Below are positions 1-9,559 of a stretch of 27,553 nt of DNA, in pieces. The notes below the pieces were generated by a model, which made no database searches, was not told where the DNA came from, and was given only the letters and a program-made list of their open reading frames with translations. The DNA is from Candidatus Micrarchaeia archaeon (GTDB lineage Archaea > Micrarchaeota > Micrarchaeia > CAILAH01), in assembly GCA_049970015.1 (NCBI GenBank), contig JBMFNT010000009.1, positions 1 through 27,553 on the forward strand, written 5' to 3'. The position numbers were made by a program, and so were the translations under genes. Position 1 is the stretch's first letter. Each line of letters begins with the position of its first letter.

Positions 1-3000
1 GTTGTAGGGTATAGTGTCCGTGTTATAGATAACATGATAGGATTTGTTGGGAGAATGCCATATTACAGGATAAAATCTGCCATTGAAAGGGGAAGTAAGA
101 TAAGGACATTAGAAAGGGAGCTGCGAACGCTTGAGAGTAAATTAAATGAAAGGGAGATTAGTGAAGAGGATAGAAAAGAGATTGAAAAACGGCATGCAGA
201 ATTGATTAAAAAGAAGGAGTCGGAAAAGGAAAGAGGGCATGTATTGCCAGACCCTGTAAAGGATGCATCTGAACCAGTAATGTATGCTACTAATCTCGCA
301 AAAGAGATTGCAAATGCTGCAAACCACCTGTTGCTCAATGAGATAAAACGCAATGTTAGCGAAAAAGAATTTGATAAGTTATATGGAGAAATTGTTTATG
401 AGAGGGATCCATTCAAGAGATACCTCACAATAAAAGGATATGTGAAGGAGAACAAGATACATATAAATGATGAAATTAATAAAGATGCAGAAAAAATTAT
501 AAGTAAAGTAATAAAAAATTTAAAGGAACTGGATGATTTTGTTGGAACGAGAGAAGAGATTTATGATCAGATCAAAGCTGTAGATAAACTCGTAGCTAAG
601 GCAAGAGAGATTGTAGGAGATCCTGTAAAGTATGGATTGCTCATTGTCGATCAGGATGATCAATTAAGAAGATATATTGAGCTCAGCGATTTTGTTGATG
701 AGGAAGTGCTTAAGGAATGCAAAAATAATGGATTAGAGGCTGGATTGAAGCTGCTCAAATCGAAGAATAATATCGAGGATTACAAGAAGATTATGGAAAC
801 ACATGCTGCTTTTGTCAAAGGAGGGGTGCGCTCCAGGGGTAGGATTGAAGATATAAAGAAAGATATGGTTTGGTTCATGATAAGACAGAGAGAATTTAAA
901 CACCTGATAAGTGTGTTAGAAAATAAGGGGATGCTTACTGGGAAAATGAGTCAAGAAAAGCTTGAAAAGTTGAGTAGGTATTTTGCAAGGGAGATGTCTT
1001 ACATTGATTCAATAGAGATCGAAACACTGAAAGAGAGGGAGAAAAGAACAGATAAGATTAAGGAAATAACAGCGAGTGCGTTAGTACAGATTGGGAGGGA
1101 AGAAGGTAGACTGGGAGAAAATGTTTCTAAGCAAGATATAATCGAAGAGATGAATAAAATTGCTGGGACAACAATAAGCAATGAGGATAAGGTTATGATT
1201 TCAAAAGAAATGGAAAACGAGGAGATATTGATCGATGCAATTAAGGAATGGGCACACGAACGTGCATTTGATAGGGCAACTGGAATAACCAAGCTTAACG
1301 GTTTTGAAAAAGACATCATCTATCTTGCAAATAAGACAGAGAGCGAAATCAATGCGTACAGATTGCTAATTAAGCGCGCAGATGATTTTAATGGACAAAA
1401 AAAGCGTAATGCAATAATAGTTATAAATGAAAGGCTTGGTGGAATTGTAAAGGATGTTGATACTAAGAAAAGTGAAGATATCCTTCTTGAGATGGATGCA
1501 CGGGTCAGAGAAGTGTTATACAATTCGCTTGTTGAGTTTTATAAGAAGGTAAGCGAAGAAGGTGAGACATACAGAGAATACTTTGTTAAGAAAACGATTG
1601 GTGGGAAAGAGCACTTACTCATAAAAGGTCATGTGGATCCAACCAAGAAGGATGTAGTAAAGCTTGTTAAGATGTTCAATAAAGAATTCCCACACAAAAA
1701 GAGAGATTTGTTAAAGATAGTGCGAGATGAGCTTGTAAAGAGAAATGTTGGGAAGGAAGACGCTGAAAAAATTGCGCCAAATTACTTAGGGTTTTATGAT
1801 GAACTTTCGAGCTATGCAATACTGCATCCCGGGCTGGATCTTCCATATGATGCTGCAAACCAGTTTGTCTGGATTTATGAATCAAAAAGTGTGTACAAAG
1901 CAGTGCCTGAAGAAATGCCACCTTATGAGACAATGGGGCCTGCTGACACACTAGTCAACTACGGTATCGTGAAAAGAAAGGTGAAGCATGAGCTTAGGAG
2001 TGGAGAGGAAATCGAGGAAGAAGTGAGCCTCCTAAGGCCTGTGACAGGAAAATGGCAGGACAGGGTAAGAAAGGTTGCAAACTGGATAGAAATACAAGGG
2101 AATGAATTGCTCGGTGCGTACATAGGGGTTATGAGTGAGGAAGTTGCGACGCATGTTATATATACAAGGCATGGAGAGTTCATAAGGAAGCTTGGCGAAT
2201 TCCACAAAGGGTCTGGAACATTTGCGGAAGATGTTATGAGGAACCCTGGCCTGTGCAACAAGCTTATTGAGTTGTATAAAGCAAGGGTTGTGCTGCCAAG
2301 AGTAAATAAACTAAATGAAAAGGATAGGGAAAAGCTGATGAATGTATTGAATCTGGATGGTATAAAGAAGGGTATTATTGAAGAATTGAAAAAGATAGAA
2401 GATAAGGCAAGGAAGGATGGCAAAGTAAGTGAAGCGAATTACATAGAGGAAAACGTAATTCGAAGTATCGAAGAATTGAATTTTAGTTCTGTAGATAATA
2501 TAGACAAGGCAATAGGGCTATGTGAGCCGTACGCCGGGGAGTACTTGATGCAGGAGGGCCTGAATGATCTTATTGTCAAGAGTTATTACAATAGAACTGA
2601 AAATATGGAAAAAATAGATATGATTGGGAAAGATATCAAGTTCATAAAGAATGTGCTTAGAGAGACTAGTGTTAAAGTATCTAAGATTATAGAAGGGCTT
2701 GAGATTGACAAAAATGATAAGACTGGGCTTTTGAGCACTGCAGAACAGATAAAAGATCCAACAAAGAGCAGTACTAGTTTAAACGCCATCATGCACAAGC
2801 TAATGGATATTGAAAGTAAAGCCGCAACTGATGATGCAAAAGCAAGGATTAAAAATGCAATTACTTTGCTGGATGATTATGGAAAGCGTATAACAACCCT
2901 GAGCGGCAGGTACAATGAGCTGCTTGAGGATGAAGCCGTGTTGAAGGCAAACATATTCATAGCTGAATGTATTCAAGGGCCAAGGTTCTGGAAGACTCGG

Positions 3001-4434
3001 GTAACTGCAAAATATGCAAAAGAGTTCTTTGTGAAGCTTGTCGAATTAAAGAAAAATGATGCACACAATGCAGATGCGAATATGTCATTGAGTGGTACCA
3101 GATCACGCAATAGCCTTGTTAGAGAGGTTTTTGAGTATTCAAATAAAGTGAAAGGCAAACGACAGAAAATGAGCGAGCTTGAGAAAAGTGTTAATGAGAG
3201 ATTGAGGAATATCTCATTCATAACAGACCAGTTTCTCAATTATACATATGCTCAGTACTCAACATTAAATGCTGGGATGCACTCGCGTATGAAAGGGTTT
3301 GGGCTTGAGTGGCAGAGCACTGCTGGTGTACAGTTCGTCGGGCCTATTGCATCATCTTTAATGCAGAGGCTTGCAACATACGGTGCATACTCAAACAAGG
3401 GCTGGCTGACATCAATATTCCTATCTTATCCTATAATGAAAGCCCAGCAGATTTACAAAAGGAGGTACCCAATACTGCACAAAATTTCACAAATACCTTC
3501 TGTATATGAGCCCATGAAAAGGAGGAATATCAATATGGTCTCTTTCATGGAGGCATTCTTGTACAGAAGGTGGAAGAGCAAAATAGCAAGAATGGGAGAG
3601 ATACTACGAGCAACGGCAAGTGATATGCCACCACGTGCATATGTACCATACCTGCTCACCTCAAACCCGTTCGGTGAAACTAGGGTAAGCGAGGCGCTTG
3701 AGGTATTTGGGAATGCTTTCAGGTCAACTCCAAAAGGACCCAGGGATATACTCAACTACATGCTTTACAAGCCAAACGATCTGGTAATGGATTTCAAGGA
3801 CTTTATATATACGCTTAAGGAAGGAAGGTCAATGAAAAAGACACCCGAGCATCTTATGGATGTCGGAATATATGGTGTTGCCGCAAACACAGGGTTCATA
3901 GCTGGGAGGGAGATTAAGTTTATAGAAACTGCACTCGGTGGTGCATCTTCATTCTACCCGAACAGGGCGTTTAATGCGTATTACTCACAGCCGCACCTTG
4001 CAATACCTTCGTTTATGTATCCTGCGTATGGTGATATATACAAAAGAACACAAAAACCAACACAAGTCGCAACAGAGATGATATATCTAACAGATCTCTC
4101 AGAATCAACCATCATAAGTCCGCTGTATGTAATGCCTGCAATGATATTGATACCCTCTATGTTCTCCTCGGTATATTCCGCATACGCACAAGCAAGCGGT
4201 TTTACAACATTTGCAACATCATGGAACAACTGGAGCAGGGTTATTGGAGCGTTTATGATAAGTATGCCTGTTTTGTACTATAGTGGAAGGAATGTGCTTG
4301 CAAAAATGTATGAACTAGGAATGTCTATAAAAGATGCTGACTTTGAGATAAACAAAAGGATTATGGATAAGGTGGCATCTCATTATTATAAAAGCATGTA
4401 TCATGGTGAAAGAGAGGAGGGGCAAAATGAATAA
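1..4434 (+). CDS. Very large hypothetical protein (>1477 aa), probably 5'-partial; charged helical body with hydrophobic C-terminal segments
   Basis: The frame is open from base 1 (GTT GTA GGG ... AAC ATG34) to TAA at 4432-4434, so the gene may begin upstream of the window. K/E-rich; no recognisable catalytic motif. Confidence 0.85.
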   Translation, partial: VVGYSVRVIDNMIGFVGRMPYYRIKSAIERGSKIRTLERELRTLESKLNEREISEEDRKEIEKRHAELIKKKESEKERGHVLPDPVKDASEPVMYATNLAKEIANAANHLLLNEIKRNVSEKEFDKLYGEIVYERDPFKRYLTIKGYVKENKIHINDEINKDAEKIISKVIKNLKELDDFVGTREEIYDQIKAVDKLVAKAREIVGDPVKYGLLIVDQDDQLRRYIELSDFVDEEVLKECKNNGLEAGLKLLKSKNNIEDYKKIMETHAAFVKGGVRSRGRIEDIKKDMVWFMIRQREFKHLISVLENKGMLTGKMSQEKLEKLSRYFAREMSYIDSIEIETLKEREKRTDKIKEITASALVQIGREEGRLGENVSKQDIIEEMNKIAGTTISNEDKVMISKEMENEEILIDAIKEWAHERAFDRATGITKLNGFEKDIIYLANKTESEINAYRLLIKRADDFNGQKKRNAIIVINERLGGIVKDVDTKKSEDILLEMDARVREVLYNSLVEFYKKVSEEGETYREYFVKKTIGGKEHLLIKGHVDPTKKDVVKLVKMFNKEFPHKKRDLLKIVRDELVKRNVGKEDAEKIAPNYLGFYDELSSYAILHPGLDLPYDAANQFVWIYESKSVYKAVPEEMPPYETMGPADTLVNYGIVKRKVKHELRSGEEIEEEVSLLRPVTGKWQDRVRKVANWIEIQGNELLGAYIGVMSEEVATHVIYTRHGEFIRKLGEFHKGSGTFAEDVMRNPGLCNKLIELYKARVVLPRVNKLNEKDREKLMNVLNLDGIKKGIIEELKKIEDKARKDGKVSEANYIEENVIRSIEELNFSSVDNIDKAIGLCEPYAGEYLMQEGLNDLIVKSYYNRTENMEKIDMIGKDIKFIKNVLRETSVKVSKIIEGLEIDKNDKTGLLSTAEQIKDPTKSSTSLNAIMHKLMDIESKAATDDAKARIKNAITLLDDYGKRITTLSGRYNELLEDEAVLKANIFIAECIQGPRFWKTRVTAKYAKEFFVKLVELKKNDAHNADANMSLSGTRSRNSLVREVFEYSNKVKGKRQKMSELEKSVNERLRNISFITDQFLNYTYAQYSTLNAGMHSRMKGFGLEWQSTAGVQFVGPIASSLMQRLATYGAYSNKGWLTSIFLSYPIMKAQQIYKRRYPILHKISQIPSVYEPMKRRNINMVSFMEAFLYRRWKSKIARMGEILRATASDMPPRAYVPYLLTSNPFGETRVSEALEVFGNAFRSTPKGPRDILNYMLYKPNDLVMDFKDFIYTLKEGRSMKKTPEHLMDVGIYGVAANTGFIAGREIKFIETALGGASSFYPNRAFNAYYSQPHLAIPSFMYPAYGDIYKRTQKPTQVATEMIYLTDLSESTIISPLYVMPAMILIPSMFSSVYSAYAQASGFTTFATSWNNWSRVIGAFMISMPVLYYSGRNVLAKMYELGMSIKDADFEINKRIMDKVASHYYKSMYHGEREEGQNE

Positions 4435-6373
4435 GAGCAATAAGCTGTTATTGGTTCTGATTATAGTTGCTGGAATTGTAATGCAAGGATGCATACAAAG
4501 CCCAGAAAAGTATAAGGAATACACAATCAATGCAACACAAACGGTCATAAACAACCAAGAGTGCACATGCATGCTGTGTACTAACAGTACTGGAAGCTGG
4601 TTCAAAGACATACTTGTGTGGAACGATTTGGAGTATGGGTCCTGCTTCTTCAAGAGCAATTGCTCGAGAGGGTTCTTATATCATTACTTAAATGATGACA
4701 AGAATAATTTTGTAAGGGAGTTTGGTATAGGCCAAGGTGCATCTTACACAGAGTTTGAGGAAGCAAACCTTAGGTGTAATACTGGAATGGAGTATGTTGT
4801 TAGGGTTTTGTACAGTAAATATAGGGCACCTATGTTTGATGTGACTACTACCAGCACGAGTCTTGAGGATACGAAAGAGGCTGCTGCAATAGAATGCTCG
4901 CTCAGAAAAGGTGTAATACCTATATATGTTTTTTATACGGAGGGCACGTATGTAATGGATGAGTGGATACCTGAATTTATGAAGGAAAGTGAAGTGGAAG
5001 GGCCAGTATTCATTGTGCCGGAAGCATTGTTTGATGAAAATATGGTTGAGAATGTTAGCAGGCAGATTAATGTAATATACTCGAACTGCGATGTGGAAAA
5101 GGATGAGTACTGCGTAGAATGGAAGGAGGATCCATCCACGACTGAGTGTGGCCCAACTGATATGTGCTATTCTTCATATACTTGTGCAAGGAAAGAAAAG
5201 GTTGCTGAAAGGGGATGTAAGGTAATGCTATTTCCAAAACAAGATAGCGACCAACAGATGTTTGAACTGCTCGGGAAATTTAATGAAAGTATTATGGAGA
5301 AGGTTAGTGGAGTAGTTATTATGGCGAAGGTTGATAAAGAACATGATTGTCAGGCTGGCCCAGTGCTTGCGGATGCAATGAACAGGAGCAGGTATACGCT
5401 TAACAAATTTGGAAAACCAACGTTCCTCATATTATCTGTTGACCCGCAATGTACTAATATTAATGAGATTGCACAAACTGTATACACATCAATAAGTGTC
5501 ATGCGGTCTGTTGGCATATTTGGAGTTGCATACTCGCAATATGATAATTTTGAAGGGAATCCTCTTGCAAACAAGACAAACGCATATAATATTAAAAATA
5601 GTAATGAATGGTTCAAATTATGCAAGTACTATAACTCCGAGCCATATAAGAAAGAGCCCATGGTATTTCAGAGTGATGGTGTCAATATATCAAATGTGTG
5701 TGAGTATATTAGCGTTCACAGGATGGATTTTATAGATGAGGCTGAATTGAATAAATTTGATGGGGAAAAACCGGACCTGAGTAATAAAGTTAAGAACGAT
5801 TATGAGATATGCATGAGCGAAGTTGATTTTGGCCATATTGGGAAAGTTGTAAGCGGATGGGAAAATTATGATGAAGAAACACCTAAACCAACAGATTCAG
5901 AGTGTACGTATGATTACCCAGAAGTTGAATTGACTGCTGAGAGATGCGGGTTGAGCAGGCATCTAATAAGGGCACTTAAGAAGGAAGGGATAAGTGTTGC
6001 GAAATGCAGTGATTGGTATGATCTAGAAAAGGAATTGAGTGATAAAGGGTTTATTAAGATTGAAAACATAAACCCAGCGCGAGATTATGAAAGCGAGCTT
6101 GGTATAGCTGCATTTATGTATGTACTAAAGAATACTAATGAGGAATATTACAGAAAAATAATAAACGGAGAGCCTATAAATGGAGTGAAAATAACGAGGA
6201 ATAACTTGTATATGCTCTGTAATGGGATTGAATCTAGTGAATCAAAAGATAGTGGTAATACTAATACGAAAGTAAGTGTAAAGATAGATAGGCCTTGCAA
6301 TGTCCTGAAAATATATGAATCATACTATAATAATTGTAATTTGGAAGGCTTAAAAGAATCTCTTTTAAAGTAA
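4427..6373 (+). CDS. Cys-rich putative secreted lipoprotein (~648 aa)
   Basis: ATG4427 follows GGAGG (4416-4420) and overlaps the upstream stop. MNKSNKLLLVLIIVAGIVMQGC has a basic n-region, an h-region and a lipobox-like GC. Many cysteines. Confidence 0.8.
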   Translation: MNKSNKLLLVLIIVAGIVMQGCIQSPEKYKEYTINATQTVINNQECTCMLCTNSTGSWFKDILVWNDLEYGSCFFKSNCSRGFLYHYLNDDKNNFVREFGIGQGASYTEFEEANLRCNTGMEYVVRVLYSKYRAPMFDVTTTSTSLEDTKEAAAIECSLRKGVIPIYVFYTEGTYVMDEWIPEFMKESEVEGPVFIVPEALFDENMVENVSRQINVIYSNCDVEKDEYCVEWKEDPSTTECGPTDMCYSSYTCARKEKVAERGCKVMLFPKQDSDQQMFELLGKFNESIMEKVSGVVIMAKVDKEHDCQAGPVLADAMNRSRYTLNKFGKPTFLILSVDPQCTNINEIAQTVYTSISVMRSVGIFGVAYSQYDNFEGNPLANKTNAYNIKNSNEWFKLCKYYNSEPYKKEPMVFQSDGVNISNVCEYISVHRMDFIDEAELNKFDGEKPDLSNKVKNDYEICMSEVDFGHIGKVVSGWENYDEETPKPTDSECTYDYPEVELTAERCGLSRHLIRALKKEGISVAKCSDWYDLEKELSDKGFIKIENINPARDYESELGIAAFMYVLKNTNEEYYRKIINGEPINGVKITRNNLYMLCNGIESSESKDSGNTNTKVSVKIDRPCNVLKIYESYYNNCNLEGLKESLLK

Positions 6374-7525
6374 TTCATCTGAAAGCTCACATATTCGGTC
6401 AAGGGCCTCTCCCAATCGTTCTGGGCTACATGCAAACACAATCCTGAAGTATCCTTCTTTACCAAAGCCTATCCCAGGAACTACAACCACATGTTTTCTT
6501 TTTATGAGTTCTCTTGTAAACTGCCTGCTGTCGATACCTTGGCCAATCTTTATGAATGCATAGAATGCTGCATCTATCTTGTTTACACTGAAGTGTGCCG
6601 TGCGATTGATCCTCCTTTGCAATATACCTGAGTTTTTCTTTAGGAAAGAGATGTATGGCTTAAAAGGAATCTTTGGATTGTCTAGTATTAAGGGGAGTGC
6701 ATGCTCAAATGGAGAAGGTGGTGAGAGACGAAGTTGCACTAACCTAAGAAAATTTAGCTTTAGAGCGTCCAATGATGGATGAGTGCCGAATACGGCCCAT
6801 CCTATACGCCATCCAGGAACACGGTATGCTTTTGAGATGCCATTTAGAACTACTATACGCTCATCTTCACAACCCTTGATTGCATATTCCATCCTACCAT
6901 CATAAACAATCTCTGAATAGATTTCATCACTTATGAGTAAGAGGTTGTGGGACAAGACTGTATCCCTAAAACTTTTTAGATGTCTTCTTGAAAGGCTTGT
7001 ACCGTATGGGTTGTTTGGGTTTATAAGCACAACTGCTTTTGTTTTCTTTGTTATGGCCTTTGTTAATGAATCAATATCTGGATATCCTTTGTCATCAAAA
7101 TCATAATATGACACATGGAGTAAGTTCAGCTTTGATAGCTCGTTATATATGGGATAATACGGCCTAGGTAATATAACATGATCACCCGGGTCAAAAAGAG
7201 AGTTGTAAAGTATGCTTATGCCTTCGCTTACACCAGTTGTAATGAATACATCTTCACTGTTTATGTTAATGCCCCTTGAGCCATAAAATCTTACAATAGA
7301 ACCTCTAGCTGTATCATCTCCTTGTGATTTTGAGTATGAGTTATACCCGCTTCTGATCGCATTTATGGCTGCATCCATAACCTGTTTTGGTGTCTTGACA
7401 CCCATCCTGACAGGATCACCTATGTTCAATAGTATCATGTCTTTTGAATTATATTTTCGTGCGAGCAGCTCTACCTCTCTTATGGAATACTCAACCTGGT
7501 TTGCCCTCCTAGAGTACAATTGCAT
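6365..7525 (-). CDS. PLP-dependent aminotransferase class I/II (AlaA/AspC-like)
   Basis: Motifs LNIGDP, INPNNPYG, SDEIY and SKAYRVPGWRIGW (PLP-binding Lys), plus C-terminal YFRI. Confidence 0.93.
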   Translation of the reverse strand: MQLYSRRANQVEYSIREVELLARKYNSKDMILLNIGDPVRMGVKTPKQVMDAAINAIRSGYNSYSKSQGDDTARGSIVRFYGSRGININSEDVFITTGVSEGISILYNSLFDPGDHVILPRPYYPIYNELSKLNLLHVSYYDFDDKGYPDIDSLTKAITKKTKAVVLINPNNPYGTSLSRRHLKSFRDTVLSHNLLLISDEIYSEIVYDGRMEYAIKGCEDERIVVLNGISKAYRVPGWRIGWAVFGTHPSLDALKLNFLRLVQLRLSPPSPFEHALPLILDNPKIPFKPYISFLKKNSGILQRRINRTAHFSVNKIDAAFYAFIKIGQGIDSRQFTRELIKRKHVVVVPGIGFGKEGYFRIVFACSPERLGEALDRICELSDELL

Positions 7526-7575
7526 AGCAATAAATTCATTGCAAAACTTAAAAATACTAGTGATATCTTATTAGT

Positions 7576-8178
7576 ATGCCAGTAATTGATAAGGTTACAC
7601 TTGATCTCATTGAGAGAGAAATTGCCCACATAAAAGACGGAAAAACAGTTCAAATTAAGGTAATAAAAAGTAAAAAGTACGGCTTGCTGAGTAATCGCAT
7701 GGAAGAATTGGTAAGCAAGATTGCAAACATATCTGCTGGTAAGATAAAAATATACTCTGAGGATGGTGCTGAACATCCACATGTACAAATTGCACAAAAT
7801 ATATTCTGTTATGCCATACCATCTGGATATTTGAGTGGGGTGTTCATTCATTTTGTTGTTGATATGGTTAAAGGAGAATTTTTGGCCGGAAATGATATCA
7901 TTGCAGATGTGAAACGCATAAAAAAAGATGTTGTGATGGAAGTGTATACCTCATCTTCATGTTCTATATCACCACCAGCTATAAGGTGGGCGCTTGAGTT
8001 TGGATATGCTAACAGGAGAATCAGGGTGAATATAACTGATTGCGTCCTGTTCCCAGAAGCCTGTCTCAGGAAAGGAATTACATCAACACCCACAATTATT
8101 GTGAATAATAAAGTCAAGATAGTTGGAGCACCAACCCCTGATGAGCTATTGAGGAAGATTAATCTTGCTATTTCTTGA
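7576..8178 (+). CDS. Thioredoxin-fold protein, PDO/AhpF-NTD-like, with degenerate active site (CxxS)
   Basis: C-terminal Trx fold: EVYTSSSCSISPPA...ITSTPTIIVNNK...GAP. The two-module length is typical of archaeal protein disulfide oxidoreductases. Confidence 0.75.
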   Translation: MPVIDKVTLDLIEREIAHIKDGKTVQIKVIKSKKYGLLSNRMEELVSKIANISAGKIKIYSEDGAEHPHVQIAQNIFCYAIPSGYLSGVFIHFVVDMVKGEFLAGNDIIADVKRIKKDVVMEVYTSSSCSISPPAIRWALEFGYANRRIRVNITDCVLFPEACLRKGITSTPTIIVNNKVKIVGAPTPDELLRKINLAIS

Positions 8179-9253
8179 TGAAAAGAGTCTGGGTTGGGAA
8201 TGCAAACTCTATCTTGTTTTTATCAAATACTCGTTTTATCTCCAAGTTAACCTCGCTGAGTGTATCCCTATATTTGTTAGGGTCCTTTATCCAGTACCAT
8301 ACGCTTATGTTAAGAGAATATGCACCGAACTCAGTAAACTTTATATCCCATCTATCAACATTAGAGTGTGATTTCAGAACCTGCTCTATAAGCTGTATTG
8401 CCTTCTTGAGTTTCTGATAATTTGTATCATAAGTAATACCTATCAAAAGGTCTATCCTACGCCATTTTGCAACCGTAAAATTCTCAATAATTGCTGTGGA
8501 AATCTTGTTATTAGGAATTATTAGAGTTGTGCCTGTGGGTGTCTCAAGCTTTGTGCTTCGGATTCCTACCTCTGTGACTGTACCCATCGTACCATCAAAC
8601 TTTATGAAATCGTGAAGCTTGAAAGGCTTATCTGTAAATATCATAACTGAACCAAGGAAATTACTTACAGTGTCCTGTGCAGCAAGTGCAATCGCAATGC
8701 CTCCAATACCAAGGCCGGCAAGCAGGGTAGTAACATCATATCCAAAGTTGCTAAGTATGAACAAAAAAGTTATTATTATAACGATAATCTTGAGGCTTTT
8801 TCTCAAAACAGGGAACAATTGGTCATCGAGCGGAGTTTCTGATTTTTCTACCCTTGGCTTCAAATAGTAAACTAGGAATGTGTCTATTATCCTTAGGAGT
8901 AGCCATGCAACATCAATTATAACAAGAATCTTAACAATGTTTATTACTAATGAGTAAAAACCACTAAAAGGATTAAGTGCAACAACCGCACCAAGGTAGA
9001 AACCAAGGATTATTAATAGCATTGTTATAGGAGACTCCACTATGTCAACGAGCATGTCGTCAAGTTCTGACTCTGTCTTTTCAGTGATCTTTCTTATATA
9101 GTTCTTGAAGATGAAATACGCTATTTTTGAGATTAACACTGAAAGGAGAATTATTCCAAAGAAGTATATGTACTGATAAATAGTGTTATCAAAGATCTTT
9201 GTTTCTAAGGATATGGTATTTAGTATAAACGTGATTAATGACTCAAACTCCAT
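8168..9253 (-). CDS. mscS: Small-conductance mechanosensitive channel (MscS family)
   Basis: Several TM helices; LAGLGIGGIAIALAAQDTVSNF, DKPFKLHD, GIRSTKL, IPNNKI and C-terminal IEFAFPTQ. Confidence 0.95.
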   Translation of the reverse strand: MEFESLITFILNTISLETKIFDNTIYQYIYFFGIILLSVLISKIAYFIFKNYIRKITEKTESELDDMLVDIVESPITMLLIILGFYLGAVVALNPFSGFYSLVINIVKILVIIDVAWLLLRIIDTFLVYYLKPRVEKSETPLDDQLFPVLRKSLKIIVIIITFLFILSNFGYDVTTLLAGLGIGGIAIALAAQDTVSNFLGSVMIFTDKPFKLHDFIKFDGTMGTVTEVGIRSTKLETPTGTTLIIPNNKISTAIIENFTVAKWRRIDLLIGITYDTNYQKLKKAIQLIEQVLKSHSNVDRWDIKFTEFGAYSLNISVWYWIKDPNKYRDTLSEVNLEIKRVFDKNKIEFAFPTQTLFIKK

Positions 9254-9309
9254 GCCAGGACTTAAAATAAGTAAAAATTAAAAGATTAAGCAATGAGATT
9301 AAATGACAT

Positions 9310-9540
9310 GCCGGGGTGGCAGAACCTGGTAATGCGCACGCCTTGAGAACTGTCTACATGGCAGTGCAAGCAAGCGTGTGCCCTAACGGGCTTAGGAGTT
9401 CAATGAGCCCCTTTTTCTCTTAGAAAGAGAAAAAGGCCCTCGGGGTCAAAAAGAGAACTACATTACCAGAAACGTGTCTGGTATTGCCCCTTTTTATCTC
9501 TAAAATTTGAGAAAGGCCTGAACAAATCTCCTCCCCGGCG
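9310..9540 (+). tRNA. tRNA-Ser(UGA) with two introns: 37/38 (9348-9372, 25 nt) and 58/59 (9404-9525, 122 nt)
   Basis: Acceptor GCCGGGG/CCCCGGC with G73; anticodon stem CACGC/GCGTG with TGA at 9344-9346; long variable arm GCCC-TAAC-GGGC; T-stem AGGAG/CTCCT. BHB central helices CTTG/CAAG and GTTC/GAAC; splicing restores TTCAAAT. No encoded CCA. Confidence 0.92.
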
Positions 9541-9559
9541 TTGAGTTTTAGCAAATAAT

